From assembly GCF_009914755.1 (NCBI RefSeq), contig NC_060929.1: DNA of 64,000 nt; one strand, 5' to 3'. This document shows positions 51,660 through 64,000 of this stretch, piece after piece (positions within the stretch are counted from its first letter, which is position 1; each line of letters opens with the position of its first letter). The notes under the pieces are model-generated. The model searched no databases. It saw only the letters and a list, made by a program, of their open reading frames with translations, and was not told the origin of the DNA. The DNA is from the human T2T-CHM13v2.0 reference genome, Homo sapiens. Both the position numbers and the translations under genes were made by a program.

Positions 51660-53976
51660 TGATATGGTTCGGCTCTGTGTCTCCACTCAAATCTCACCTT
51701 GAATTGTAATCCCCATAATCCCCACATGTCAAGGGCAGGACCAGGTGGAGGTAACCAGATCATGGAGGCAGTTTTCCCCATGCTGTTCTCATGATGGTGA
51801 ATGAGTCTCATGAGATCTTATGGTTTTGTAAGTGTCTGGCATTTCCTTTACTTGCACTCACTCTGTCCTGCTGCCCTGTGAAGAAGATGCCTGCTTCTCC
51901 TTTGCCTTCTACTATGATTGTAAGTTTCCTGAGGTCTCCTCAGCAATATGGAACTGTGAGTCAATTAAATCTCTTTCCTTTATAAATTACCCAGCCTCAG
52001 GTATTTCTTCATAGCAGTGTGAGAATGTATTGACACAGTAAATTGGTACTGGGAGTGAGGTGCCACTGTAAAGATAACTGAAAATGTGGAAGCGACTTTG
52101 GAACTGAGTAACAGACAGAGGTTGGAACAGTATAGAGGGCTCAGAGGAAGACAGGAAGATGTGGGAAAGTTTGGAACTTCCTAGAGACTTGTTGAATGGC
52201 TTTGAACAAAATGCTGATAGTGATATGGACAATGAAGTTCAGGCTGAGGTGTTCTCAAATGGAGATGAGGAACTTGTCGGGAACTGGAGTAAAGGTGACT
52301 CTTGCTATGTTTTAGCAAAGAGATTGGCAGTATTTTGTCCCTGCCCTAGAGATCTGTGGAACTTTGAACTTGAGAGAGATGATTTAGGGTATTTGATGGA
52401 AGAAATTTCTAAATGGCAAAGCATTCAAGAGAAAGCAGAGCATAAAAGTTTGGAAAATCTGTAGCCTGACAATGCGATAGAAAAGAAAAACCCATTTTCT
52501 GGGGAGAAATTGAAGCCAGCTGCAGAAATTCACATAAGTAACATGGAGCCAAATGTTAATCACCAAGACAATGGGGAAAATATCTCCCCAAGAAGGGCAT
52601 GTTAGAGACATTCATGGCAGCCCCTCCCATCACAGGCCCAGAGGACTAGAAGGGAAAAATGGTTTCATGGGCCAGGCCCAGGATCCTCCTGCTATGTGCA
52701 GCCTCAGGACATGGTACCCTGTGTCCCATCTGCCTCAGCTCTAGCCAAGGTTAAAAGGGACCAAGGTACAGCTTGGACTGTGGCTTCAGAGGGTTCAAGC
52801 CCCAAGTCTTGGCAGCGTCCATGTGGTGTTGAGCCTGTGTGTGCACAGAAGTCAAGAATTGAAGTTTGGGAACCTCTGCCTAGATTTCAAAGGATGTGCA
52901 GAAACACCTGGATGTCTCCCAGGCAGAAGTTTGCTCAGGGGTGGAGCCTTCATGGAGAACCTCTGCTAGGGCAGTACAGAAAGGAAATGTGGGGTCAGAG
53001 TCCCCACACAGAGTCCCCACTGGGGCACTGCCTAGTGGAGTTGTGAGAAGAGGGCCACCATCCTCCAGACCCCAGAATGGTAGATCCACTGACAGCTTGC
53101 ACAGTGCATGTGGGAAAGCTGCAGACATTCAACCCCAGCTCATGAAAGCAGCTGAGAGGGGGCTGTACCCTGCAAATCCACAGAGGCAAAGCAGCCCAAG
53201 GCCATGGGTGTCCACCTCTGGCATCAGCATGACCTAGATGTAAGACACAGATTCAAAGGAGGTCATTTTGGAACTTTTAAGTTTTAATGACTGCCCTATT
53301 GGATTTTGGATTTACATGGGGCCTGTAATCCCTTTGTTTTGGCCAATTTCTCCCTTTTGGAATGGGAGCATTTACCTAATGCCTGCACCCCCATTTTATC
53401 TAGAAAGTAACTAACTTGCTTTTGATTTTACAGGCTCACAGGCAGAATGGACCAGCTTTGTCTCAGATGAGACTTTGGACTGTGGACTTTTGAGCTAATG
53501 ATAAAATGAGTTAAGACTCTGGGGAACTGTTGGGAAGGCATGATTTGTTTTGACAAGTGAAAGGACATGAGATTTAGGAGGGGCCAAGGGTGGAATAATG
53601 TGGTTTGGCTCTGTGTCCCCACCCAAATCTCACCTCAAATTGTAAAACCCATAATCCGCACATGTCAAGGGTGGGACTAGGTGGAGATAATTGGATCATG
53701 GCAGCATTTTACCCATGCTGTTCTCATGATAGTGAGTGAGTGAGTCTCACAAGATCTGGTGGTTTTATAAGCATCTGAGATTTTCCCTGCTTGCACTCAC
53801 TCCAACCTTCTGCCCTGTGAAGAAGGTACCTGCTTCTCCTTTGCCTTCTGCCATGATTGTAAGTTTCCTGAGGCCTTGCCAGCAATGCAGAACCGTAAGT
53901 CAATTAAAACTCTTTCCTTTATAAACTACCTATTCTGGAGTATTTCTTCATAGCTGTGTGAGAACAGACTGATATA
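51660..53976 (+). mobile_element. Complete THE1 (THE1D-like) MaLR element: 5'LTR 51660-52037, internal 52038-53595, 3'LTR 53596-53976
   Basis: Two homologous LTRs (tgatatggttYggctctgtgtc...atagcWgtgtgagaa). Internal region starts gtaaattggtac and ends at the purine tract ggaggggccaaggg. 5-bp TSD gtcag/atcag. Confidence 0.93.
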
Positions 53977-54217
53977 ATCAGACTTCCAAAATAATTTTTA
54001 ACATGAGAAAACAGTGTGCTCAACCAGAAGCAAAGCTTTTTAAAATGCATGCTGAACATAAACTTTGGGTGAAAGTGTAGACTCACTACTCCATTGTGTG
54101 ACTTCTGTATTTGATCATGAGACATCAGGTTTAGCATTTATTCAGTTCTCATTCCAGGTATTCTGTGATCTCCAGTGTCCACTGCTCAAGCATTGCACAT
54201 TATGAATTTTTTTCTAA

Positions 54218-54328
54218 CATAGTCTTTTTATGTTGTCCAGGCTGGCCTCAAACTCCTTGGCTCAAGTGATCCTCCTGCCTCAGCCTCCTGAGTATCTGCA
54301 ACCACAGGCACATGCCACCATGCCCAGA
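54218..54328 (-). mobile_element. FLAM_A-like Alu monomer
   Basis: tgttgtccaggctggcctcaaactccttggctcaagtgatcctcctgcctcagcctcctgagta..acaggcacatgccaccatgcccag. Confidence 0.8.
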
Positions 54329-55079
54329 TCTTCATAAATTTTTAAAGACCTCGAAAGATATCTACTGTAGAAGACTCTTAGTTTTTTTAAAAAATTTTTT
54401 TAATTAAAATTATTGAAGTGAATAGTATACACTCTGAGTTAACTTGATGTAGTATAACCATTGTGATAGTATTTCTAAAATATGCTATGGAATATGTTGG
54501 CTAATTAAGTCTTACTTATTATTTACCTGTGGCAATGGCAATTTATTTGGATTTGTGAGAAAAAAAATTTACAGTGTATGAAAGTTCTAACATATGCTAA
54601 GACTACTCCTGCTCCTTCTTAACCACAAAAATTTAATGTAAGGTGTTTCAATGGGAATTCCACCAGCCTCCTCCAGCTAAATGTTTTTCTTCTAAAACAC
54701 TGTTTTAGGGAAGTTTCCATTAAGATGGGTTGAGGTAGAATTAGGATTAAAATAATAAACCAAAAAAACTTTATGCAGAAAAAGTGAAAGCTAAGGGAAG
54801 TCCAGGGTATGTCAATGATTGCCGAATAAAAGAAGAACGGAAATGTGATATGAATGTGTAACTTTTAGCATGTATTCCCCTAAACCATTCCTACCGTCTG
54901 CTATATTCATTATCAACTCCAAAGTGGGGAAAAAAGAAGTAAAAGGTTTTGTTGTCTTGCTCTACTAGCTGCGTTTTTAAAATAGTTGGCTTGTCCTCGC
55001 TAGTTGGAGGTGTCCAAAATATCATAGAATTGGATGAAAGAAATGAATATTTGAACCCTAAAGCAATTCACATTCCTGA

Positions 55080-55081
<2 letters not shown>

Positions 55082-55123
<42 letters not shown>

Positions 55124-55137
55124 AGAGAGAGAGAGAG
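55082..55137 (+). repeat. Compound (TG)n(GA)n microsatellite
   Basis: Seen directly. Confidence 0.95.
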
Positions 55138-55650
55138 GGTACTAAGACAAAAATTAAGTATGTTTATTTAATTAATCTAGTAAATAGTAAAATTATCCAA
55201 AGATACTGAATAAAAAGGCACAGGCACAGGAAAAACAAAGGAATTGTATTATCTAACCCACAATTACCAAACTGAGTAGTCTTTTTTTAATTCTTTATAG
55301 ATGCTCTCCTATCATTCAGTTATGGAGAGGTCAGTCTGAATTTATTTTCTAAGAAAATAGATCTTATTAACATACCATATAACTCTTCAAGGCAGCTCTT
55401 TCTAAAAACAGTATTACCACCATGCAGTCTTAAGTACCCATACTCTGGGAACTCTTAGAGGGAATGAGATGATTAGGGGAAAAAAAGATGGAAATCAGAT
55501 CTACTCGAAAGAAAGACATTATGAGGAAACTTGAAACTATTGAATACAGAGAAGTTTGAGAATCTTTCTTAATCTTAATTATTTGTTCTGTATTTACCTC
55601 CTTTTATCACTGATAATGTAGTTTTCTGTACCCAATAAAGGTAAATGTAA

Positions 55651-56028
<378 letters not shown>

Positions 56029-57109
56029 ATGGAAATGTCTTTTCATAATAGAGAGTAGAGTTTAGATTGTAAAATTATTAACTACTTTAATGGAGTATAT
56101 GTTACCAAGTGTCTTGAAAACCAGTGGTCTAGAATTCCTTTTTAACGTACACTCCTACTTCTCTCTGATCTCCTTAGGTCATTGAAAATTCTGAAGAAAT
56201 ACAATAAAGTGAATTATTTTTGGAGTTTATCAACATTAAAATTATAAAAATATTAAAAGGATAAGAGGAAAAATAGAAAAGTAGAATACAGGAGATTTCT
56301 GCATAACCCCGTCTTTATTATAGAGAGCCACAAAAACCATGAAGATGTGCTTTTATGAGGTCATGTGAGAGAAGGAAGAAAAATTGTGAGAAAATTTAAC
56401 ATTTGCAAATTGGAAGCAGGAGCTAGAGCCCCTCTGGAGCAGTGATGTCTCTCTTCATTACCTTATCTCCCAATATGAAAGGGAGCAGAAACAAAGGCCA
56501 GGGTCTCTCCATAATCAGTAGCCAGAAAACCAGCTATAAAGGAGAAAAGATACAACTACCCTGGAGGAAGGTGTAAAAGATTTCTACTACATTGAGAGAG
56601 AAAGGTTACTGATCAGTGCACCATGGTTTACATTTTTTAAAATGTCTCAAAAGAATCAAAGAAAGCAAGGGGGAGAGTAAGGAATGCTAAAACAGAAGTC
56701 TCGTAGACAAAATACTAAAACTTAAATATATTTCGTCCTCATTTGACCTAATGAATAGTAAAATTATAAAGAGGTACTAAATAAAAGGGTGAATTAAAAA
56801 AAAACAGAAGTAAAATATAAAAGCAAAAGGCATCATTAAGTCTTTTCCTCACGATCAGTTGGCAAAAACTATAAAGAGGAAAATAGAGTCTCAGACGATG
56901 AAATGGCAAAATAATCTTCAACTTGAAACTGCAAAACTCCATTGCAGAAAGCATCTCAGATTACACTGTGCTGGTTGCCTGCAATGGTTCCAGGCTCAGA
57001 TTGTCATAACGATTCATAGGAAAAGTTTGTTTCCCTTCCCCAGATCATGACCATCAAGATAATACAATGCCTTTGAGATTTTTATCAAAAGAGTGAACCA
57101 CAAGAGCCA

Positions 57110-57300
57110 CTAAACTCTCTAATTTAGAGATGAGAATGACCTGAGGAGCTTGTTAAGCATTCTGATTCACATGATCCCTCCTTGCCAGGGATGCTATTTA
57201 ATTATCTGAGAAGGAGGCCCAGGGATTCGCATTTTTAACTGGTATCTAAGGTGATCCTAGAACAGGAGGCTCCTGAATCTCACCTTAAGAATCTCTGCAT
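57110..57300. mobile_element. MER5-family hAT MITE relic
   Basis: agaatgacctgaggagcttgttaa..ggcccagggattcgcatttttaac..ggtgatcct..cttaagaatctctg. Confidence 0.55.
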
Positions 57301-57331
57301 TCGAAGTTGCTATAGTAATCTCTTGGTTCTT

Positions 57332-58421
<1,090 letters not shown>

Positions 58422-61400
58422 AATCTCTTGGTTCTTAAGCTGCCCTGGGTAAGTTATGTTGGTGAACCTAAGGAATGTTAGTCTGTTCCCTCTAAAAAAC
58501 AGTGAGCACAAGTTTAGTTGCTCCCATATTTGCGTAAAGGAAACAATTTAAGGTATTTCCCAGCAACCTGTGCAACTACTAGCAGGCCTTCTCCCTGCTA
58601 AAGCCAGATATTTTGCAAAATTTACCAGACTAGTATTTTCCAAGGTTCAAAGGAATAGTGTGCTTTGAGAGCCGTTTTCAGATTACGTCTTAAGATGCTA
58701 TGAAAACAACCTATGTAAGTGTATATTTAAGTACATCGTGTTAAGGGCAAAATATGCTACTCGTTAAAGTCACCACATGAGGTTTTCAGTACCATATACT
58801 GGCTTGATTTGAATGAAAATTTCTAGAAATAGGATCTTAGAAGATTACCTTCAAATAATTAAAATTCCAAAGAAAAAAATGGACAGTCCTACATTTGTTT
58901 CAACTTTACTTGTTTCTGATGACTCTCATCTCTCTAGATTTTCTTACTGTTTTATGCCCCTGACTTTCTAGTAAGGTCTTCTGAGGTACAGTGGGCTGTT
59001 TACAGGCATTTATGTTTGTGAGAATATCAGTACATTATCAACCGCAGATCAAAACCCCCAGATAACAGTCTTGTTTTACTGACTTAAAAGGAACTTGTAA
59101 TAAAAAGCCCCTTTTCAATGGGGGCCTCTGTGTGTTACTTTGTTCCCTTCATCACTGTTAAGGTATATTATTTGGCCTCAGGTTAATCTACCTTTTTAGA
59201 GACCAAAAATGACTTTCTTTACACTCTGCTGTGTTTTTTCAATTATGGGATCTTACAGTTTTCGTGTTAGCTCTCCATGTTGTACTGAATGCTCAATGAC
59301 AGATATTTTCTATAAAATAAAATATAAAATATTACTAGACTAATTAGGTCTTTGTTTTGCTGTGGTCATGATGGCCTATCCAGACATTTCATTCTTGGTT
59401 TAATATCAGATGTGTTAACGCATTTCTTTTGTTGTTATTGAAACAGTGGATCACATTCAACACTTTTGGGAGAATCTGAGGTTTATATTTATATGATAAT
59501 TTTGCATGTTACTTAACATCACTCTTCATTTTTCTTATGTCCTATCCGTGGTAGCTGCAGCAAGTGTTTAGCCTAGATTTTCTGAGATAGTCCTAATATT
59601 AAATATTTTTCTCTTATTTTCAGACTCTTTATTACAGTGTCAAGACAGGGATGGCAAATTTTTCTTTGGAAAATAAAATTACAAAGTCAATACATGCCTT
59701 AGAAATGACTGACCTAATTTGAGCATTTCTGGGGCAACCTTCTTCTTACTTCTTCTCCCATTCTTGGGCTCTGTTAGGATGCCGACTTGTAGAGGTTGGC
59801 ATTGACCTTAATGCTCAAGGCCTTGGGAAGCTCTTGATCTGTAAATAACATCATCTGTTTCCTGCCTCTGCAAGAGGAGATTTTCTGCTGAATAGACTGT
59901 GCCTTGGTTTCAAGGCTCTCTTATCTCTTGGACAAGTGTCTGCTGCTGCTCTCCTGGTAATTTTTCTAACTGTGACCTGGAATTGAACTCTGGTTTTCAT
60001 CTTTTCTCTTCTTCCTCTTACTCAGCCACAGCCTCCTGGTTTACATCATCAGGGATTTTTCCATCTCCATTACTCTGGCCCTTCTGGTTCAAGCTTTTAG
60101 CCTTAAAAACCAATAGCATCCTGACTTGTGACTCAGCTCAACCCCATCACCTGCTTTCAAATTCTCCTCCATATTAACTCCCACCTACAGACTTTCTCAT
60201 GCTCTCTCTCACTACACAAAACCCATTTCCTTCCTTATATTTTCTGTTCCAATCTTTGGTTTTCTCTTCTCTGCCACTGCATCTATGTTTCTCAGATGAA
60301 TTTCAGACCATTGAAGCTACAAGTAACAGAAGCAGAGATCTACTCAGAAATTAGCATTTAAAAAGAAATATATGTAATCCTGAGAAAAATGTTGATATTG
60401 AACTTTGAGAGTTCAGCTTCAAAAGATGAGTGCTACACATTAATATATTTAGCTTTTTTTCATACACAAACCAGTTTGTTTTAATTTATTCATTAGTGAA
60501 AAGAAATACCAAGGTAGTAAAAAGGCTTGTAAAGTTAATTATTCAACTGACTTGAGAGCTTTTCTAAAACCAAATTTTGCAGGCAATTTGATCTGAATAC
60601 CAAGCTTGTTTGAACATATGGCCCAGTCTCAAAAAAATACACATATCATAGCCAAGAGCCTCATATGTTTTTAAACTATTAAGTGTTAGATAAACTTATT
60701 AGCCATCAATAATAACCCAGGTAGTTTCCAGCTTTTCTAATTGTGAGTACTTTCCTATGTGCATATATTGCTTATTTTATACCTTTTTATTCCCCAACAA
60801 TATCTAGCCTGACCTGTAGTTCATGACAAAAACACTAATGTCAACTCCCCTTATTTCACATACCAACATGGTTTTTCAGTAGCTGTCCGTCAAAACACAA
60901 GGTGATTGTATAAATAAAGATGCTATTTCCAATGAGATAAACCACTTATATCAATAAGGAAGCAAATTGCACTCAAATTAATGAAGAAAAGAAATCAATC
61001 TCCTGGCCTTTTTAGTAGTCTGCAGACTATATTGGTTTCATTTGAAATATATGTTTTTGGGCTAGGGCTTTCTCTGGAAGGCTAGAGCTTTGAGGAGTTA
61101 CCAATATGGTAGTTGAAGTCATGGGGTTAGATGATATTTCCAAGAGATACTCATTGTTTGGCATTAAAAGAAAAGTCAGTGTTTCGTTGGTAGGAGATAA
61201 ATTTAAAACAGGTAGGATCTTTTGTAATCTCCCAAAGTCACATTACTTTATCCTAACTGAGGTCAACTCTTGAAGTTGAAATGTCTGTCTCTATGTGCAG
61301 GCCTCTGCACACACACAAGTGCACACATACTTATGCAAGTGTACATGTGTGCACAAATACACACACACATTACATCAATCATTTGAATTACTTATACACA

Positions 61401-61594
61401 TAAAAAAGTATGGCATATTTATATAAGACTGTTGAGCAGAGAGGCAAAGTCAAGCCCTCATAAATATGGGTAGAGAAGGGTAAGCATTTGTTGAAATCCC
61501 TGTGGTAATCATGGTTGAAATGCGGGATAACAGAAGAACCCAAAATAAATAGCCTTAAATATTATGAATCTTTTTATATGCTGTGTGGATACCA

Positions 61595-61642
61595 AACACA
61601 CACACAAACACAACACAAACACACACACACACACACACACAC
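61595..61642 (+). repeat. Imperfect (CA)n microsatellite
   Basis: Seen directly. Confidence 0.9.
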
Positions 61643-62044
61643 AAAGGCTCCACAACTGCGTTCTTAGCTGAACATAGATGTTTAATGGTCTTAGCCCCTA
61701 GTAAAATTGTAATATGGCTAAAATGCATCCCTGGCACTTCAGAAATACAGAGCTGAAAGTACCTAGCAGTCATTTAACCTAAATATTAATTTTACAGATA
61801 AGAAAACTAACAATCAATATGATGAAATGATATCTCAAATCTCACACAGACCATTGCTTCCTCAATCCATGCGACATTTTCCTCTTGATGACAGGAAGCA
61901 GCTGTCTTTTGGGATTTTCCCTAGGGCAAAAGCCACATCTGATTTATATATGTTCCTCTACCCCAGAGTGTTGGCTAATTTTAAAGTCCACACTTAGTTT
62001 TTGTAATGGAAAAATGCCAGCACTTTACATTTTCCTCATGGGTG

Positions 62045-62275
62045 TAACAGTAGCTGCCACTCATTGAGCATTAAATTGGCCAGGCCTCGTGCTAGGCACT
62101 TGATTCATTGTGTCTCATTTCATCCTTACAATAATCTTGTATATTGGATATTGTATTGTAATTTTATAAATAAGGACAATGAAGCTGAAAAAATAGAGAT
62201 TATGCCTCAGACAGTATACTAGAAAGGTGATAAAATCAAGATGTAAACCCAAGTCCATCTGATTACTAAGGCTTT
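62045..62275 (-). mobile_element. MIR SINE
   Basis: cattgagca..gccaggcctcgtgctaggcact..tctcatttcatccttacaataatc..ttttataaataagg..aaacccaagtccatctga. Confidence 0.75.
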
Positions 62276-63077
62276 TCTGTGCTTCTTTCATCACTGGATT
62301 CTATTACCAGGGACCAGGGATAAAAGAAGAGCAACAGAGGGCACCCAAACAGAATCACCTCTGTAGAGTGCTCAGAAGAAACACTGTAGAAGCTCTCCTG
62401 ACACAGCTACGTGGCCGGCCAGCTCTTATTTAGGAGAATGGTAGGTAATGCTGTTCCAGCACTTAGAAACACATGCTTGATGGAAAGGAGTGGGGAGACA
62501 CTCCAACAAAGTCTCTCATGATATCACTGGGTTCAGTTTTACCAGAGCAGACTTCAGTGCCTGCCTACATCAAATTGACTGGTAGAACAAAATATCCTGC
62601 TACAAAATTCTAATAATTCTGAAAAAGAATAGATACCAATTTGGGATATTGCCTAATTGAAATTATTTACATATCTGAATTTAAGTATCAAACCTAATCC
62701 AGCATGGGTTTTTTTTGTAATAAATTCTCAAACTCCCAAATATTAGGAAATATTATCCACAAATTGTTGGGGACAGCTGGAAAGTAAACATTTTGGGCTT
62801 TAGCAATTTCTTTGGCATGTCCTTTCAGGAGCCTTAAGAAATGGATTGCACCTTGATAAATAAGAGGTAAATTTCACACGGAATCTGAAAAGTAACGAAG
62901 AGTAGGTGGGATCAGATCCAAGGAATTATTTGGTAGGAGTTATGGATTTCAGTTTGCCAATATGTAAAATATACCTCAGAATGTGGCCAAGGAAAAAGAT
63001 AATGTTTGTCCCTCAACCTTTCCACTGAAGATCAAGAATCCAAATCCCTGTGAGAACATCATGCCAGCTGACATGCT

Positions 63078-63560
63078 AGATTCTGTCACTCCTTGGCTTA
63101 AAACCCTTCAGTAGTTACTCATGGTTCTTAGAATAAAATCTAAACTGTTACGTATGGATTTATGGCTCTCCCTTATTGTCTCTTCTTCTTTATTTTCAGC
63201 CACACCACTTATTCTACTCTCCAGTCATAGTTTCTTTCCTCTCCAGTTTCTGTCTCTTCTTCAAGCCTTATCTTACAATATTCCTTCTTGCTGGGACATT
63301 CTCTGCTGCAACGCTCTCCTGCCCTCCATATTCCTTCCATTACCCACACAGCCACTCCTGGCTGGTAAGCCCCATTCATCCTCCAGTTTGCACTTGGACA
63401 CCACTTTTTGCAGAAGCTCTTCCCTGACTCCCCGGGTCTGGATTAAGTGCCTCCCTGTGAGGCCCTCACTTCCCTCTGTAATTATCATAGTTCACTATAA
63501 CTTCTTGTTATATGGTTTCTTTTGCCAGTTAGACTGTAAGTTCCAAAATGGCAAAGACAT
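63078..63560 (+). mobile_element. L2 (L2a-like) 3' region
   Basis: tgtcactccttggcttaaaacccttcagt..agaataaaatctaaact..ttccctgactccc..ttagactgtaagttcc. Confidence 0.75.
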
Positions 63561-64000
63561 GCTGCCAATTAGCAAATATTTTTCATGTTCACTCTATGCT
63601 AGACATTTGGGATACTGTGGCACACTAAATATAAAGTGTGCCCAACATTGCGTCTTAAAATGAGGCTTTTCCTCCCAGATGTGGTGCATTTATGATAGAA
63701 GACATGCCTAGGGATACCATGGACCTTTTTGTTCCATGCATATACATGAGGCAGGGCAATTTCTAGAGGATGGAATCACATTCTCCTGGAAGGTAGAATT
63801 AGGGTGCAACCATTGGAAATTGCCTCTGCCTGGGCTAGATAAGGCGGTGCCAAGGGTAAAATAACTTTGGTGGATTTTTGAAGTACTATGTGCCAAACCC
63901 TATGCTGAAAACAAGAAAGAGATTATTCTTGAACTGAAGCCAACATGTCTCAAAATACTCTGAGCACGAATCTTAGTGGTCTTTATGGTGACAGTGTTTG

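Noticed and set aside
52159-53237. Cluster of overlapping ORFs
   Set aside because: These are THE1 internal-region pieces, frameshifted MaLR sequence rather than host genes.
63121-63663. 180-aa Leu/Ser-rich ORF
   Set aside because: It lies over a pyrimidine-rich L2 relic; the composition reflects the repeat and there is no recognisable domain.

Overview
Primate (human-like) nuclear genomic DNA. It is AT-rich and CpG-depleted, with no CpG island, and is either intergenic or deep inside a long intron. Most recognisable sequence is transposable-element debris. There are five primate L1PA copies, all with broken ORFs: a near-full-length older L1PA at 1-4778 (-), an L1PA4-like copy at 40213-45647 (+) and three 5'-truncated copies, one with a textbook twin-priming inversion. 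Also present are older L1M/L1MC, L2, L3 and MIR relics, about nine Alu/FLAM copies, a complete THE1 LTR-int-LTR element, a nested MLT1 provirus, solo ERVL LTRs and hAT MITEs. Nearly all long ORFs in the track are L1 ORF1/ORF2 fragments or repeat artefacts. I could not identify any host protein-coding gene, RNA gene or novel multi-gene system. The best leads are small: an AG|GTAAGT splice-signal site followed by a CpG-retaining patch (about 25600-25750), two frame-preserving candidate cassette exons, an ERVL dUTPase fossil, a possible RTE-class RT relic and several informative retrotransposon rearrangements. Repeat subfamily names come from my recognition of consensus motifs, not from a database search.
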